Shown here: piece by piece, positions 9,961-18,991 of the stretch
How the letters are laid out: each line of letters starts with the position of its first letter
Position numbering within the stretch: position 1 is the stretch's first letter
From: Chitinophaga pinensis
GTDB taxonomy: Bacteria > Planctomycetota > Phycisphaerae > Phycisphaerales > SM1A02
Length of the DNA stretch: 59,132 bases
NCBI GenBank assembly: GCA_943329105.2
Contig: CALQCP020000001.1
Coordinates: 1 to 59,132, forward strand
Reading direction: 5' to 3'
Program-made: the position numbers and the translations under genes
The notes under the pieces: model-generated
The model's input: the letters and a program-made list of their open reading frames with translations, nothing else
Databases searched by the model: none
What the model was told of the DNA's origin: nothing

Positions 9961-12236
9961 TGGTTCGGCTCCTGAGTTGGGCGCAAAGGCTTCTCACGAC
10001 CAGATTCACGGGGCAACGGCGGCGCCTCAAGATCCGGTAGTGGAAGTGGGTCAAACGGCGAGTAGTCGTCATCTACAGTTGGCGGAATGTCCTTCTTCAA
10101 GTCTTCTGGCTTCGGAGGAGTAACCCAACCCTTGGAGTACTTGAAGGTGTCAGACAGCGGAATGCCATTGAATGGCTGGCGCTGTGTTGGATCAAGTAAG
10201 TCAATCGCATCAAGCTCCGTGCGGTACTGGTCCTTGTGATCGGTACGGATGGATTCGCGCAGCGCAATCATGGAAGGCGAATTCTTCTGCGTTCGCAGAG
10301 CCTGGTCTACATAGTAAAGCGCAGTGGATCGATCGCCTTCCTTCCACGCCTCAAGTGCTTGCAGCTGGTAATTGCCCGCCAAGTGTGATTCAGAGAATGG
10401 CAACAAGCCAGCACGTCCACCAACGCGCGCTGCTTCTGATGTTCGAAGCGCCATGTCGCCAGCCTTATAGTCCTGGGCGTCTTCCACCACTGTTGGGGTA
10501 ATCAAGAAGATGATCTCTTGCTTAATCATCTGGCTTGACGCGCCGCTGAATGCACCCGGAATGAGGTCGCCCAAGCCGGGAATCTGCCGGTTAGTCACCT
10601 GCGACTGTTCCTTGAAGAGTCCGCCCAGAATGATCGTCTGCCCGCTCTTCACGCGAACATTGGTCCGGAGCTCTTGGGAGATTTCATCGGGAACGGTTGC
10701 TTTGCCGCCGCCTGCGGCATCAATATCCTTAATGCGCGCGGTACTGACCTGCGGTGCAAGTTCCAGCCGCACCATGCCATCCGGTGAAACGAATGGTCGG
10801 AAAATCAGTTTCACACCGACATCCAAGTACTTCACTTCCTGCGTGGTACTTGTTTGCGTCTGCGTGGTGGAGAGGTAAGCGATGCGCTCACCAATGAGAA
10901 CCTGGGCACGCTGCCGATTCAGCACCGTGACCGTGGGCCGCGCCAGCACCGTGGTGTCCACCACTTGATCAAGCATCTGTAAGAAGATGGCTACATCATT
11001 GGTCATGATGCCCACCTTGCCGGTCGGTGGCGGCGCACCCGTGGCTGATGGATACAGTGAAGCCTGCGACGCAGTCGACGGAGTTGAAGGCTTCAACAAT
11101 CCGTCCTTCACATCATCAAACGCCAAGAGCGGTGAAGTGACACTGGAGAAATCAATGTTGCCGACCACGGAGATGTCCATGCCAAAGGCAGTGTCATCAG
11201 TGAGGTTCACGGTCAGAATGGTTGCCTCAACGCGCACCTGCTTCGGCGGCGTATCGAGTTCTGCAATCAAGGTCTGAACTTGCGTAATGTTCTCTGGGAA
11301 GTCATTCACCATGACTTTGGCGGAGAACGCAAAGCTGTCCGCGCCGCCATTTTCAAGCGTGGGTTGATAGCCAGGCTCAACTTTTCCAAGCGCGACAGCA
11401 GAGCCGCCTTCGGTCAAGATTGGCTTTACAAACGCGATCGCATCGTCGGCGGACAGAAATTGCAACGTAAAGACGCGGGCAACGCGATTGCGCTCAGCAT
11501 CAACTTCGCTTTGCGTCTTTACATAAATGAAGTCACCTTCACGGCTCCAGGCAAGACCGTTGACATTCAGGATGGCGTTGAGCGCATCTTCAAGCGGCAC
11601 GTCATACAAGTTCACAGTCACCACGCCACGCACTTTGTCGCTGGCCACGATGTTCTGGCGAGCCTTGATGGAAATCAGTTCCAAGAGCTTGGAAACTTCA
11701 ATGGCTTGCGCGCTGAGTGAGAATCGGCCTTCGCTGGTGACATCTACCTTTGCATCGGGCTTGCGACTGGCGGGCGCAGCAGCGCCAGCACCGGCCGGTG
11801 CACCTGGCGTCGACGGTGGCTCCATGGTTGGTGATGGTGGCTTTCCACCCGGCCCAGTGAGCGGAGTCGAAACGCCGCCCTGCGCTGCGTTTGGACCTGG
11901 AACGCCCCACACGGTTGGTTTCAGTTCTGCAGTCGGGTCAGCGCCTGGATCATCGGTCGGTGCAGGAGCAGGTGCCGATTGCGCTGTACTTGCCGGACCA
12001 ACGGCAGCCGAACCTTTGACGGATATTGAACTCACCGGTGCAACGGCTGGAGCTTTCGCGGGTGTACTACTGGGCGTTGCACTGGGCGTCGCACTGGGTG
12101 CGCTTCCACCTGCTCCAGATGCAGAAGACTGCGCGCGCGCAATGGATGCAACCACAAGTGTGGTGCCGATTGCCGCACACCACGCCGATCGCGCAAGGGG
12201 AGATGTTGCTGAGGTGTTGTCGTTCGGTGTTGCCAT
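9957..12236 (-). CDS. Secretin (PilQ/GspD family) with low-complexity N-terminal linker and C-terminal extension
   Basis: Signal peptide AAIGTTLVVASIARAQ. N0-like LLELISIKARQNIVASDKVRGVVTVNLYDVPLEDALNAIL. Secretin core VLARPTVTVLNRQRAQVLIGERIAY ... IILGGLFKEQSQVTNRQIPGLGDLIPG ... IIFLITPTVV. Confidence 0.9.
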   Translation of the reverse strand: MATPNDNTSATSPLARSAWCAAIGTTLVVASIARAQSSASGAGGSAPSATPSATPSSTPAKAPAVAPVSSISVKGSAAVGPASTAQSAPAPAPTDDPGADPTAELKPTVWGVPGPNAAQGGVSTPLTGPGGKPPSPTMEPPSTPGAPAGAGAAAPASRKPDAKVDVTSEGRFSLSAQAIEVSKLLELISIKARQNIVASDKVRGVVTVNLYDVPLEDALNAILNVNGLAWSREGDFIYVKTQSEVDAERNRVARVFTLQFLSADDAIAFVKPILTEGGSAVALGKVEPGYQPTLENGGADSFAFSAKVMVNDFPENITQVQTLIAELDTPPKQVRVEATILTVNLTDDTAFGMDISVVGNIDFSSVTSPLLAFDDVKDGLLKPSTPSTASQASLYPSATGAPPPTGKVGIMTNDVAIFLQMLDQVVDTTVLARPTVTVLNRQRAQVLIGERIAYLSTTQTQTSTTQEVKYLDVGVKLIFRPFVSPDGMVRLELAPQVSTARIKDIDAAGGGKATVPDEISQELRTNVRVKSGQTIILGGLFKEQSQVTNRQIPGLGDLIPGAFSGASSQMIKQEIIFLITPTVVEDAQDYKAGDMALRTSEAARVGGRAGLLPFSESHLAGNYQLQALEAWKEGDRSTALYYVDQALRTQKNSPSMIALRESIRTDHKDQYRTELDAIDLLDPTQRQPFNGIPLSDTFKYSKGWVTPPKPEDLKKDIPPTVDDDYSPFDPLPLPDLEAPPLPRESGREKPLRPTQEPNH

Positions 12237-12340
12237 AAGTGCGCTCCATCTGGCGAAACATCACGCCGACGCTCTGACCTGGAATCAGGCGCCTCTTCAG
12301 AAGTGATCGGCCTTCATGGGGTCCGAACTCTTGTCGATCA

Positions 12341-12838
12341 TCAAGGTGACTGATAAGTAACCGTCAAGTCCCCGGTGAAGGGGTCGAGAACTATGCGCGC
12401 CCGCTCCGGACCGTCGGAAGTAGACACAAAGACTGTTGGGACTGGGTCCATCACGCCGCCAAACGGACCAAAGGTGATGTCCCGTGAGGCGCTTGAAGTA
12501 ATCAATAGTCCAGCGGCCACCTCTGCCCTGCCACTGCCAAACGTGGTTCGCAAAGGACCGTTCGGGCCAGTCAGTGCGGTGTCTGGCGCACTCGTGTGTG
12601 CAAGGTGATAGCTGCTCCCATTCGCAGCGATACGCAGCAACACCGGATCAGCGGGAGTGGAGAGTGCAACGCTGCGTGCATACCCAAGATCCGCCTCAAG
12701 TAGACGAACGCCAGCGTCGACACGCTCAAATCGGCTGCCACCAAACATGTCAATCGCCAATCCCGCCATCACGCTCACGATGGCGGCCGTGATGAGCATC
12801 TCAATAAGCGTAAAGGCGCGAAGGCCGCGATTCATCAT
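12341..12838 (-). CDS. Prepilin-type minor pseudopilin (GspH/FimT-like)
   Basis: MMNRGLRA|FTLIEMLITAAIVSVMAGLAI, a class III signal and N-methylation motif. ATGA overlap with the upstream gene. Confidence 0.85.
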   Translation of the reverse strand: MMNRGLRAFTLIEMLITAAIVSVMAGLAIDMFGGSRFERVDAGVRLLEADLGYARSVALSTPADPVLLRIAANGSSYHLAHTSAPDTALTGPNGPLRTTFGSGRAEVAAGLLITSSASRDITFGPFGGVMDPVPTVFVSTSDGPERARIVLDPFTGDLTVTYQSP

Positions 12839-14508
12839 CGAGCTGCCTCCGCATTGAATCCATACGAGACGATGCGTGAAGGGAACATGTCCTCCGGATC
12901 GCCACCACGCGAAGGTGCACGGCCCTCGGTGAATCCAGTCACCAGGTCCAGCGCATGGTCATAGAAGAAACTGGCAGTGTCATAGATCAACAAGTGGTTG
13001 GCCGCTACCCGCCCGTACACCTGCGTGCGCCCAAAGAGGCGGATCGGGTTCGTTGGCAGGAACAGCGAGCCAACAATGGAAGTATCGCGGATGTCCCAAA
13101 GGAAGAAGCTAGAAAGGAACTGCCGCATCGGATAAACGCGAACACGCCACGGCTCCATGTACTGCGGTGACGTTGGTGCTACCGGATAGCAGTCATTGGA
13201 GGTGAACTGCGCAAACCAATTCTGCTTGTGCGGGTCACCGTCAATGGCGACGCTATTGCAAATGTACTGCTTTCGCGGTCCAACCCAGCAGTTCCGCACA
13301 TCCATTGAATACCCGTTGTAGATTTCAAAGGTGCTGTTTGGATTGATTTCCACGGAAGAATTCTGCCAGTCCAAACCCGTCAATGCCAAGTTTGGATTGA
13401 TCACAAACTTCACATCGCCATTGATGATGATGCGCGAATCACGAAGAATCCACGACCCGTACACCTCATAGGTGCCGGTATTCAAAGTGACCGTGGCGCC
13501 GCCGCGCACTTCAAAGTTCTTGGTGAACAACTGCGGAAGAAACACCGCGCGGACTCGGAATGAGTTCAGGCTGTAACTGCCGCCCGTCAAGATGTAGTTG
13601 TTGGTGTAGTTGGTGTAGGTACCACCAACTGCCGGTGGAGCGGGCGGATTGACCATGCGGATGGAGTCCAGTGGATCCATGCGCTTCGCGGCAACGGAGC
13701 TGGCCTTTGCGCCTTGCACGATCAGGCCGGTGGCTGAGTACGGGTAGTAAATCCATGTGGCCTTCATGGAATCCGGGTCCGAGGGCGTTGAACCCGCCAC
13801 CTCTGACTCAAAGCGGCAACCGCCCTGCAACCAGACGCCGCTACCGAACCAGGGGTAGACGTTGCTCAAGAAGGCTAGGTCGGCCTGCGTGCCGATATTG
13901 ACGCGCAGTTTTTGTGCGCTCATCGGCGCATTTGGCCAACGACCAATGAAATTATTTGAGCCATCCACAATCATTATCTTGTTGGCAAAGATGGCGTATT
14001 CGCCCTTCACCACGCTGGGAATGCTCATATTCGCTACCGAATTCCAAGTGGCACCACCGCGCGTACTGCTGACGGTGACCTCCACTTCGGTAGTGGCATC
14101 ATCAGGAAAGATGTTGCCACCATTGGCTGGATTGGCGCGCTTCACAATGTCCACCAAACGAACGGTGACTGTGCCACCATCAAGCGAATAGTTGTTGAGC
14201 AGCACGCCGTCCACATGATTGCGACGCCAAATGGTCTCGCTGGAGCGGAGAATGCCCTTGGCAATGGACATGCCAGATGATGCAAGCGTGCGCGCATCCG
14301 CTGCAAGCTGCGCGTTCGCCGCAATGGACGAGGACGTTTCACGGCTTGCCACGTAGGAAAGCGTGGTGGTGCCAACCACCATCATCGCGAACAGCGCCAG
14401 CATGAGCGCGGCACCGCGTCCCATTCCCTTCCCAGTGTTGCACTGAGCCGCCACCGAGCGATCGCGGCGGCGGCGCGGAAATGGAGGTTGGAAAGCGTGG
14501 TGGTTCAT
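12835..14508 (-). CDS. Giant minor pseudopilin-like protein (PilX_N / GspK-like N-terminus, approximately 450 aa beta-rich C-terminal region)
   Basis: ORF 12835-14568. Start uncertain (ATG 14508 or 14424). The hydrophobic helix GRGAALMLALFAMMVVGTTTLSYVASRE resembles PilX_N/GspK anchors that lack the G|F-x-x-x-E site. Sits among pseudopilin genes. Confidence 0.6.
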   Translation of the reverse strand: MNHHAFQPPFPRRRRDRSVAAQCNTGKGMGRGAALMLALFAMMVVGTTTLSYVASRETSSSIAANAQLAADARTLASSGMSIAKGILRSSETIWRRNHVDGVLLNNYSLDGGTVTVRLVDIVKRANPANGGNIFPDDATTEVEVTVSSTRGGATWNSVANMSIPSVVKGEYAIFANKIMIVDGSNNFIGRWPNAPMSAQKLRVNIGTQADLAFLSNVYPWFGSGVWLQGGCRFESEVAGSTPSDPDSMKATWIYYPYSATGLIVQGAKASSVAAKRMDPLDSIRMVNPPAPPAVGGTYTNYTNNYILTGGSYSLNSFRVRAVFLPQLFTKNFEVRGGATVTLNTGTYEVYGSWILRDSRIIINGDVKFVINPNLALTGLDWQNSSVEINPNSTFEIYNGYSMDVRNCWVGPRKQYICNSVAIDGDPHKQNWFAQFTSNDCYPVAPTSPQYMEPWRVRVYPMRQFLSSFFLWDIRDTSIVGSLFLPTNPIRLFGRTQVYGRVAANHLLIYDTASFFYDHALDLVTGFTEGRAPSRGGDPEDMFPSRIVSYGFNAEAAR

Positions 14509-14515
14509 GGAGTGT

Positions 14516-15154
14516 TCACTGACAGTCCGAATGCCGCTGCAGCGCGTCGATGATTCCACCAAGTTCAAAGTTCATTCCGCCGTGGTCGTCATCAAGTTGA
14601 ATGTCCAATACCAATCGCCGGTCTGCGCATGGATTGAAGGAAGTAAAGCGAAATGTGGCCTCCAACACCCCCTCCAGGACAGTGGTGGTCACCAGTGATC
14701 CGGAGGCCGCAAGCGTCGTTCGCAGGGCTGCCCAATCCGTGGCCAGTGGATACACCGTGCGGTTGAGAGTGTTACTGACCCGCTGCATGCTGATAACGCG
14801 GTTGGTTCGATCCACCACATACCAGCGAAGTTCGTTGCCGTGGATCGTGTCGTACTCGGTGGCGTTGGTCGGTGAGCCGTCAAACGTCTCAGAAGGAAGC
14901 CATAGCGTTGCCACGGTGGTTGACTGCGAAAGAATCATTCGCGCCCGGAATAGGTGGTCCGCAATCCGAGCCTGGCCACGCGCGAGGCGTGCTACCTCTT
15001 GCGCTGCATCATCCTGACCTTGCATTCCCACTGCCACCGCTGACACCGTCGCAGCCACGGAGGCCGCAATGATGGCAGTAATGGTAATCGACACCAAGAG
15101 CTCCACCAATGTGAAGGCAACGCACCGAGTACTGCAACGGGACTGCTGCCGCAT
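14516..15154 (-). CDS. Prepilin-type minor pseudopilin (GspJ/PilW-like)
   Basis: RCVA|FTLVELLVSITITAIIAASVAA. ATG 15154 overlaps the upstream stop (TGATG); a GTG at 15157 is also possible. Confidence 0.85.
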   Translation of the reverse strand: MRQQSRCSTRCVAFTLVELLVSITITAIIAASVAATVSAVAVGMQGQDDAAQEVARLARGQARIADHLFRARMILSQSTTVATLWLPSETFDGSPTNATEYDTIHGNELRWYVVDRTNRVISMQRVSNTLNRTVYPLATDWAALRTTLAASGSLVTTTVLEGVLEATFRFTSFNPCADRRLVLDIQLDDDHGGMNFELGGIIDALQRHSDCQ

Positions 15155-15669
15155 CACGTTGTTGGCTCCATTCCACGGAATCGCACCAGACGTGCAAGTG
15201 TCAATCCAGTTGGCCCCTTCACAGTGATTTCAATTCGCTTCCCAGAAACCGTGTAATTGTTGTACTGGGTAAGCGTGCGATTCTCAGTAACGACCGTGGT
15301 GATGCGTGATAGTTCTGAAAATGTCGTTGGCAAGAGCCCGCGCACTGTGGCACCGGGGCGCTTCGGCGCTAGCAGTTGGCCAACCGCTTCGGTGCCAGCT
15401 AGGGTGTACATAGTCTCATATGACTGCTCAAGTACAGAGCTCATCTGTAGTTCAGCAGCCTGCATCGCCAGAACGGAGAGACGGTTCTGTTGTTCGATTG
15501 ATGAGCCGACTGCTACAGACATGGATGCAGTGGCAGCCACCATCGAAACAATGATGGAGGCGATGAGTGCCTCCAGTAGTGTGAACCCGCGCGGGCGTCG
15601 CATGGAGACCTGCCAGCCCGTGTGCTCTGGCTTGGTCACTGGCGTTGGTTGTGCTGGTTGATTGGTCAT
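15154..15669 (-). CDS. Prepilin-type minor pseudopilin (GspI/PilV-like)
   Basis: MRRPRG|FTLLEALIASIIVSMVAATA. ATG 15669 has GGAGA 9 nt upstream; ATG 15603 would give a short classical leader. Start uncertain. Confidence 0.8.
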   Translation of the reverse strand: MTNQPAQPTPVTKPEHTGWQVSMRRPRGFTLLEALIASIIVSMVAATASMSVAVGSSIEQQNRLSVLAMQAAELQMSSVLEQSYETMYTLAGTEAVGQLLAPKRPGATVRGLLPTTFSELSRITTVVTENRTLTQYNNYTVSGKRIEITVKGPTGLTLARLVRFRGMEPTT

Positions 15670-15894
15670 AAGTACTGATCTCCGCGGTAAGAACTTCCAA
15701 TACAAATCCACCTCTGCAAAGCCCAATCGGGCTTTCGGACCTTGGGATTAAGGAAATTTCATGTTTTCCGCGTGCATTGATTGCAGCACCCCCCCTTTGT
15801 TTCCGAGAGTATTGGTGTGACCGGTTCAGGCAGAGTTGCTTGAATGCGGATCACTGAAAGATCGATCCAGTTAGCAAACCAAGGAGTTCTCGCC
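15670..15894. promoter_or_regulatory. Divergent control region between the two type IV filament operons
   Basis: Non-coding gap between the divergently oriented pseudopilin gene (-) and the major pseudopilin gene (+). AAGGAG at 15881-15886 lies 8 nt before ATG 15895. No promoter hexamers confidently identified. Confidence 0.4.
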
Positions 15895-16272
15895 ATGACG
15901 AACAACACCAACAACAAGAAGATGTCCACGCTCCGCAAGGGCTTTACGCTTATCGAAATCCTGATCGTTGTAGTGATCATCGGCGTGCTGGCAGCGCTGG
16001 TCGTTCCCTCAGTGACTGGCGCTCTTGATGATGCCAACGTGGAAGCGGCTGATGCACGCGGTGGTCAGATCACCACGATGGTGACGCGACTCAACCAGTT
16101 CCAGCCAGGTGGAGCCAGTATCACCCTCACGAACGGCGCCGTCTACACGCCTACGACACTCGCACCGCTCGTGACCGCCGGCTATTGCTCGGCCGAAGAC
16201 CTTGCCAATCAGGTTGACGCCACCAAGGGTTGGACGTGGAGTTCCACCACCCGTAAGTTCAGCCCTGAGTAA
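15895..16272 (+). CDS. Major pseudopilin / pilin, GspG-like
   Basis: MTNNTNNKKMSTLRKG|FTLIEILIVVVIIGVLAALVVPSV. Small (125 aa). Strong SD and followed by a hairpin terminator, as expected for the abundant filament subunit. Confidence 0.9.
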   Translation: MTNNTNNKKMSTLRKGFTLIEILIVVVIIGVLAALVVPSVTGALDDANVEAADARGGQITTMVTRLNQFQPGGASITLTNGAVYTPTTLAPLVTAGYCSAEDLANQVDATKGWTWSSTTRKFSPE

Positions 16273-16304
16273 TCGGACATTTAGACGCTCATTGTAAGAA
16301 ATCA

Positions 16305-16338
16305 AGAGGCGTCGGCAGAAGTGCCGGCGCCTCTTTTC
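16305..16338 (+). terminator. Intrinsic-terminator-like hairpin after the major pseudopilin gene
   Basis: AGAGGCGTCGGC-agaagt-GCCGGCGCCTCT (12 bp stem, one G-U pair) followed by TTTTCC. Lies between the GspG-like stop and the PilM-like SD. Confidence 0.6.
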
Positions 16339-16368
16339 CGATACGAACGAGTAACAGGAGGCACCACG

Positions 16369-17625
16369 ATGTTTGGATTACCAATGTTCAACAAGGGCCG
16401 CGGCGGCTGGATGCAACGGAATCGATCCGCAGCCCCGATCGCAGCTGACTTCGGTCGATCCAGTATGCGCCTCTTGCAACTTGCAGCCGCGGGTACTGAG
16501 TACCAGTGCACTGCGGCCGCGGAGATCGCTGGCTCAATCTTTGAGGGCAATGGCCTCCGCTTGGATTCAGCGGCAATGACGCAGCGAATCCATGAGACGA
16601 TTGTTGGACTGGGATTCTCTGGCCAGCGCGTCACCGCCACCCTCCCCGCCGAGTTGTTTCAGACCGACATTGCGCGCCTTCCCGCCATGACCGACCAGGA
16701 ATTGACGGAAAGCGTTCGATTTGAAGCCATTGATCGATTCGGTATTGACGGAGACAGCTCCGTCATTGGACACCTCCGCCTGGGCGGCACCGCTGGCGGC
16801 AGCAATGAAGTTCTGATGATGGCCATTCCGCGGCACACCGTGAATGCAGCTTCGGCGGTGGTGTCTACCAATGACACCTCTGCGTTTCGCATTGAACACG
16901 CCGCACTGGCTGCGCTACGGACTATCACTCGGCAGCGCATCAGTGAGTGCGCTGATCCTGCGGAGTCGCGCGACTTTGCGATGCTGCACCTAGAAGATCG
17001 TATTGCCACGCTGGTCCTGCTTCGCGATGGCGCGCTTTCGTTTATGCGTGCAATCCGTGGTGACTGGGCTCCAATTGGCATGACCATTCATCGCCGCACT
17101 CATACCGGTCGGACGCTGCATGGCAATGACACTGGCACCATCGGCATGGGTTCCGACGGAGCCGATGACCAGGGAACCGCATGGCGTTGGTGCGCGCTCG
17201 CTGAGGAAACTCTGCGCTGCTTGCGCCATGTGGAACACAGCGCCGGCGGTTGGTATCCAAAGGAAATCGTTCTCACCGGACCCGCTGCTACCGATCCACA
17301 AGCGGCTGCAACCATTGAAAGCGTCTGCGGAGTTCGCGCTTCGTTGGCGATGCCCATTCGCATGATCCGTGATCCGGAAGCGTGCGTCCATGGCAACGCA
17401 TGGGTCGCTGCGATCGGTGCAGCTTGCAGTGAGTTGCCCGCCCTCCTGCGCAACGTGCGTGCTCCGGCAGAGGTTGTCCCCCAGCGCAGCAACCGTACCG
17501 CATTCGGTGGTCGCACCGCTCCACGAACCAGCGCAAGCGGCATCATCACTCTTGAGCCCGAACCAAAGTTGCTGACCCGAAGTGAATCTTCCACTCGCAC
17601 AACTGCTGCAGGAGCTGCTGCGTGA
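16369..17625 (+). CDS. PilM-like actin-fold assembly ATPase-like protein
   Basis: AGGAGG at 16356-16361, then ATG 16369. IAADFGRSSMRLLQL resembles the PilM N-terminal strand. Position immediately upstream of the PilN/O/P-like genes. Has a long Ser/Thr/Ala/Arg-rich C-terminal tail. Confidence 0.65.
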   Translation: MFGLPMFNKGRGGWMQRNRSAAPIAADFGRSSMRLLQLAAAGTEYQCTAAAEIAGSIFEGNGLRLDSAAMTQRIHETIVGLGFSGQRVTATLPAELFQTDIARLPAMTDQELTESVRFEAIDRFGIDGDSSVIGHLRLGGTAGGSNEVLMMAIPRHTVNAASAVVSTNDTSAFRIEHAALAALRTITRQRISECADPAESRDFAMLHLEDRIATLVLLRDGALSFMRAIRGDWAPIGMTIHRRTHTGRTLHGNDTGTIGMGSDGADDQGTAWRWCALAEETLRCLRHVEHSAGGWYPKEIVLTGPAATDPQAAATIESVCGVRASLAMPIRMIRDPEACVHGNAWVAAIGAACSELPALLRNVRAPAEVVPQRSNRTAFGGRTAPRTSASGIITLEPEPKLLTRSESSTRTTAAGAAA

Positions 17626-18353
17626 GCACTGTCTCGGCCGAGTTCATTGTCGACTTCCTCCCGCGGGATGTCCGCCGGCGTGGAGTGTTGGCAACGTCGC
17701 GCCGACGCAGCATGCTGCTGCTTGGGCTTCTCGGCTCAGTAGTTGTCGGCGTTGCTTGCCACTCCTGGAATCGCTTCCACGAAGCGGAGGCGCATCGCGG
17801 AGTTTCACTTGCTCTCACGACCAATGCCACCAAGGTTGACGATGTCATTGATCGCCTGGCCGGCGAACAGCGCGAGTTGCATCGCTATCTCAGCGTCTAC
17901 GACCGACTTGCCCTCCCCGTGGAGCAAAGCGACATCGTTGCCACCATCACCAATCTCATGCCGGAACGAACCAGCCTTTCCATGTTGCGCATGGAAGTGA
18001 AGGAATCCGCCGCCGGCAAGGGCACTGACGGGGCTACTCATGCGCCTGCCAATGCCAACCCCGCTGTGGCAGCAAGTGGCGCTGGCAATATTCGTACCCC
18101 TGCCCCTTCACGTTGGATGGAAATCACCATCCGTGGGTACGCACAGGACAACGCAGATCTCTACGAATTTGAACGCAAGCTTGCGAACACCAAGCCGTTC
18201 GCTGCGGTGACTGTTTCTGAAAACAAGCCGACCGACATTGCTCGCGGTCGCATCCAGGAGTTTGCCGTGAATTGCCGCATTGACCTTGATGTTCAGTATG
18301 TGCGCCCTGGCGGAAGCCCAGTCGCATCGGTGGTCAAAGGAGGCTCAAAGTGA
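17622..18353 (+). CDS. PilN-like bitopic inner-membrane assembly protein
   Basis: GTG 17622 (AGGAG 7 nt upstream, GTGA overlap). DFLPRDVRRR, then TM LLLLGLLGSVVVGVA, then coiled-coil and alpha/beta region. PilN-like order and topology. Confidence 0.6.
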   Translation: MSTVSAEFIVDFLPRDVRRRGVLATSRRRSMLLLGLLGSVVVGVACHSWNRFHEAEAHRGVSLALTTNATKVDDVIDRLAGEQRELHRYLSVYDRLALPVEQSDIVATITNLMPERTSLSMLRMEVKESAAGKGTDGATHAPANANPAVAASGAGNIRTPAPSRWMEITIRGYAQDNADLYEFERKLANTKPFAAVTVSENKPTDIARGRIQEFAVNCRIDLDVQYVRPGGSPVASVVKGGSK

Positions 18354-18991
18354 GCACCCTACGATTTGCCAACCTGCATATCCGTGAGCGCTTCGACCGC
18401 GAAACGGTGATTTGGGGGATTGCACCGGCGATCGTGGCAATCATGATTACTGCGCTCTTTGTAGTGCCGAATTACTCGCGCGCTCTTCGCATGCAGGACG
18501 AAGCGCAACGCCTGGAAGCGGTGAGCAGCGAGAACATCAGTCAGAAGAACAATCTGCAACTCTTAGAACGTAATGTTGCTGGCCTGCGTGATGAGTACAA
18601 CCGCCGCTGCCGGCCGCTTGCCGAAGGCACGGATCGCGGTCACCTACTCTCCACCATCACTCGTCCGACCGATGGCACCGTAGTGCGCGAGCAGTCCATT
18701 CGAACCAGTGCGCTGGTTCAGGTAGACGGCGTTGCCATTGGAAGCCCCGTGCTTCGCCGCGACGTCACGGTGGACATGTCGGCCTCATTTGAATCAATCT
18801 TCGGCGTGCTGGATGCAGCAGAGGGCGTGAACCAACTGGTCACCCCGCGTTCGGTGGAAATTGTGGTCATGAGTACTGCGCTCGAGCAAGCTGCCTCGGG
18901 CAACTTTGTCGTGCGCGCCACCATCGTCTTTGAAGAGTGGTTTGAACAGCCAACAACTGCTAACGCACCCGCGCAGGAGGCTCGCCGATGA
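18350..18991 (+). CDS. PilO / GspM-like bitopic inner-membrane assembly protein
   Basis: GTG 18350 (GGAGG 6 nt upstream, GTGA overlap). TM GIAPAIVAIMITALFVV, then coiled coil ALRMQDEAQRLEAVSSENISQKNNLQLLERNVAGL. Confidence 0.55.
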   Translation: MSTLRFANLHIRERFDRETVIWGIAPAIVAIMITALFVVPNYSRALRMQDEAQRLEAVSSENISQKNNLQLLERNVAGLRDEYNRRCRPLAEGTDRGHLLSTITRPTDGTVVREQSIRTSALVQVDGVAIGSPVLRRDVTVDMSASFESIFGVLDAAEGVNQLVTPRSVEIVVMSTALEQAASGNFVVRATIVFEEWFEQPTTANAPAQEARR

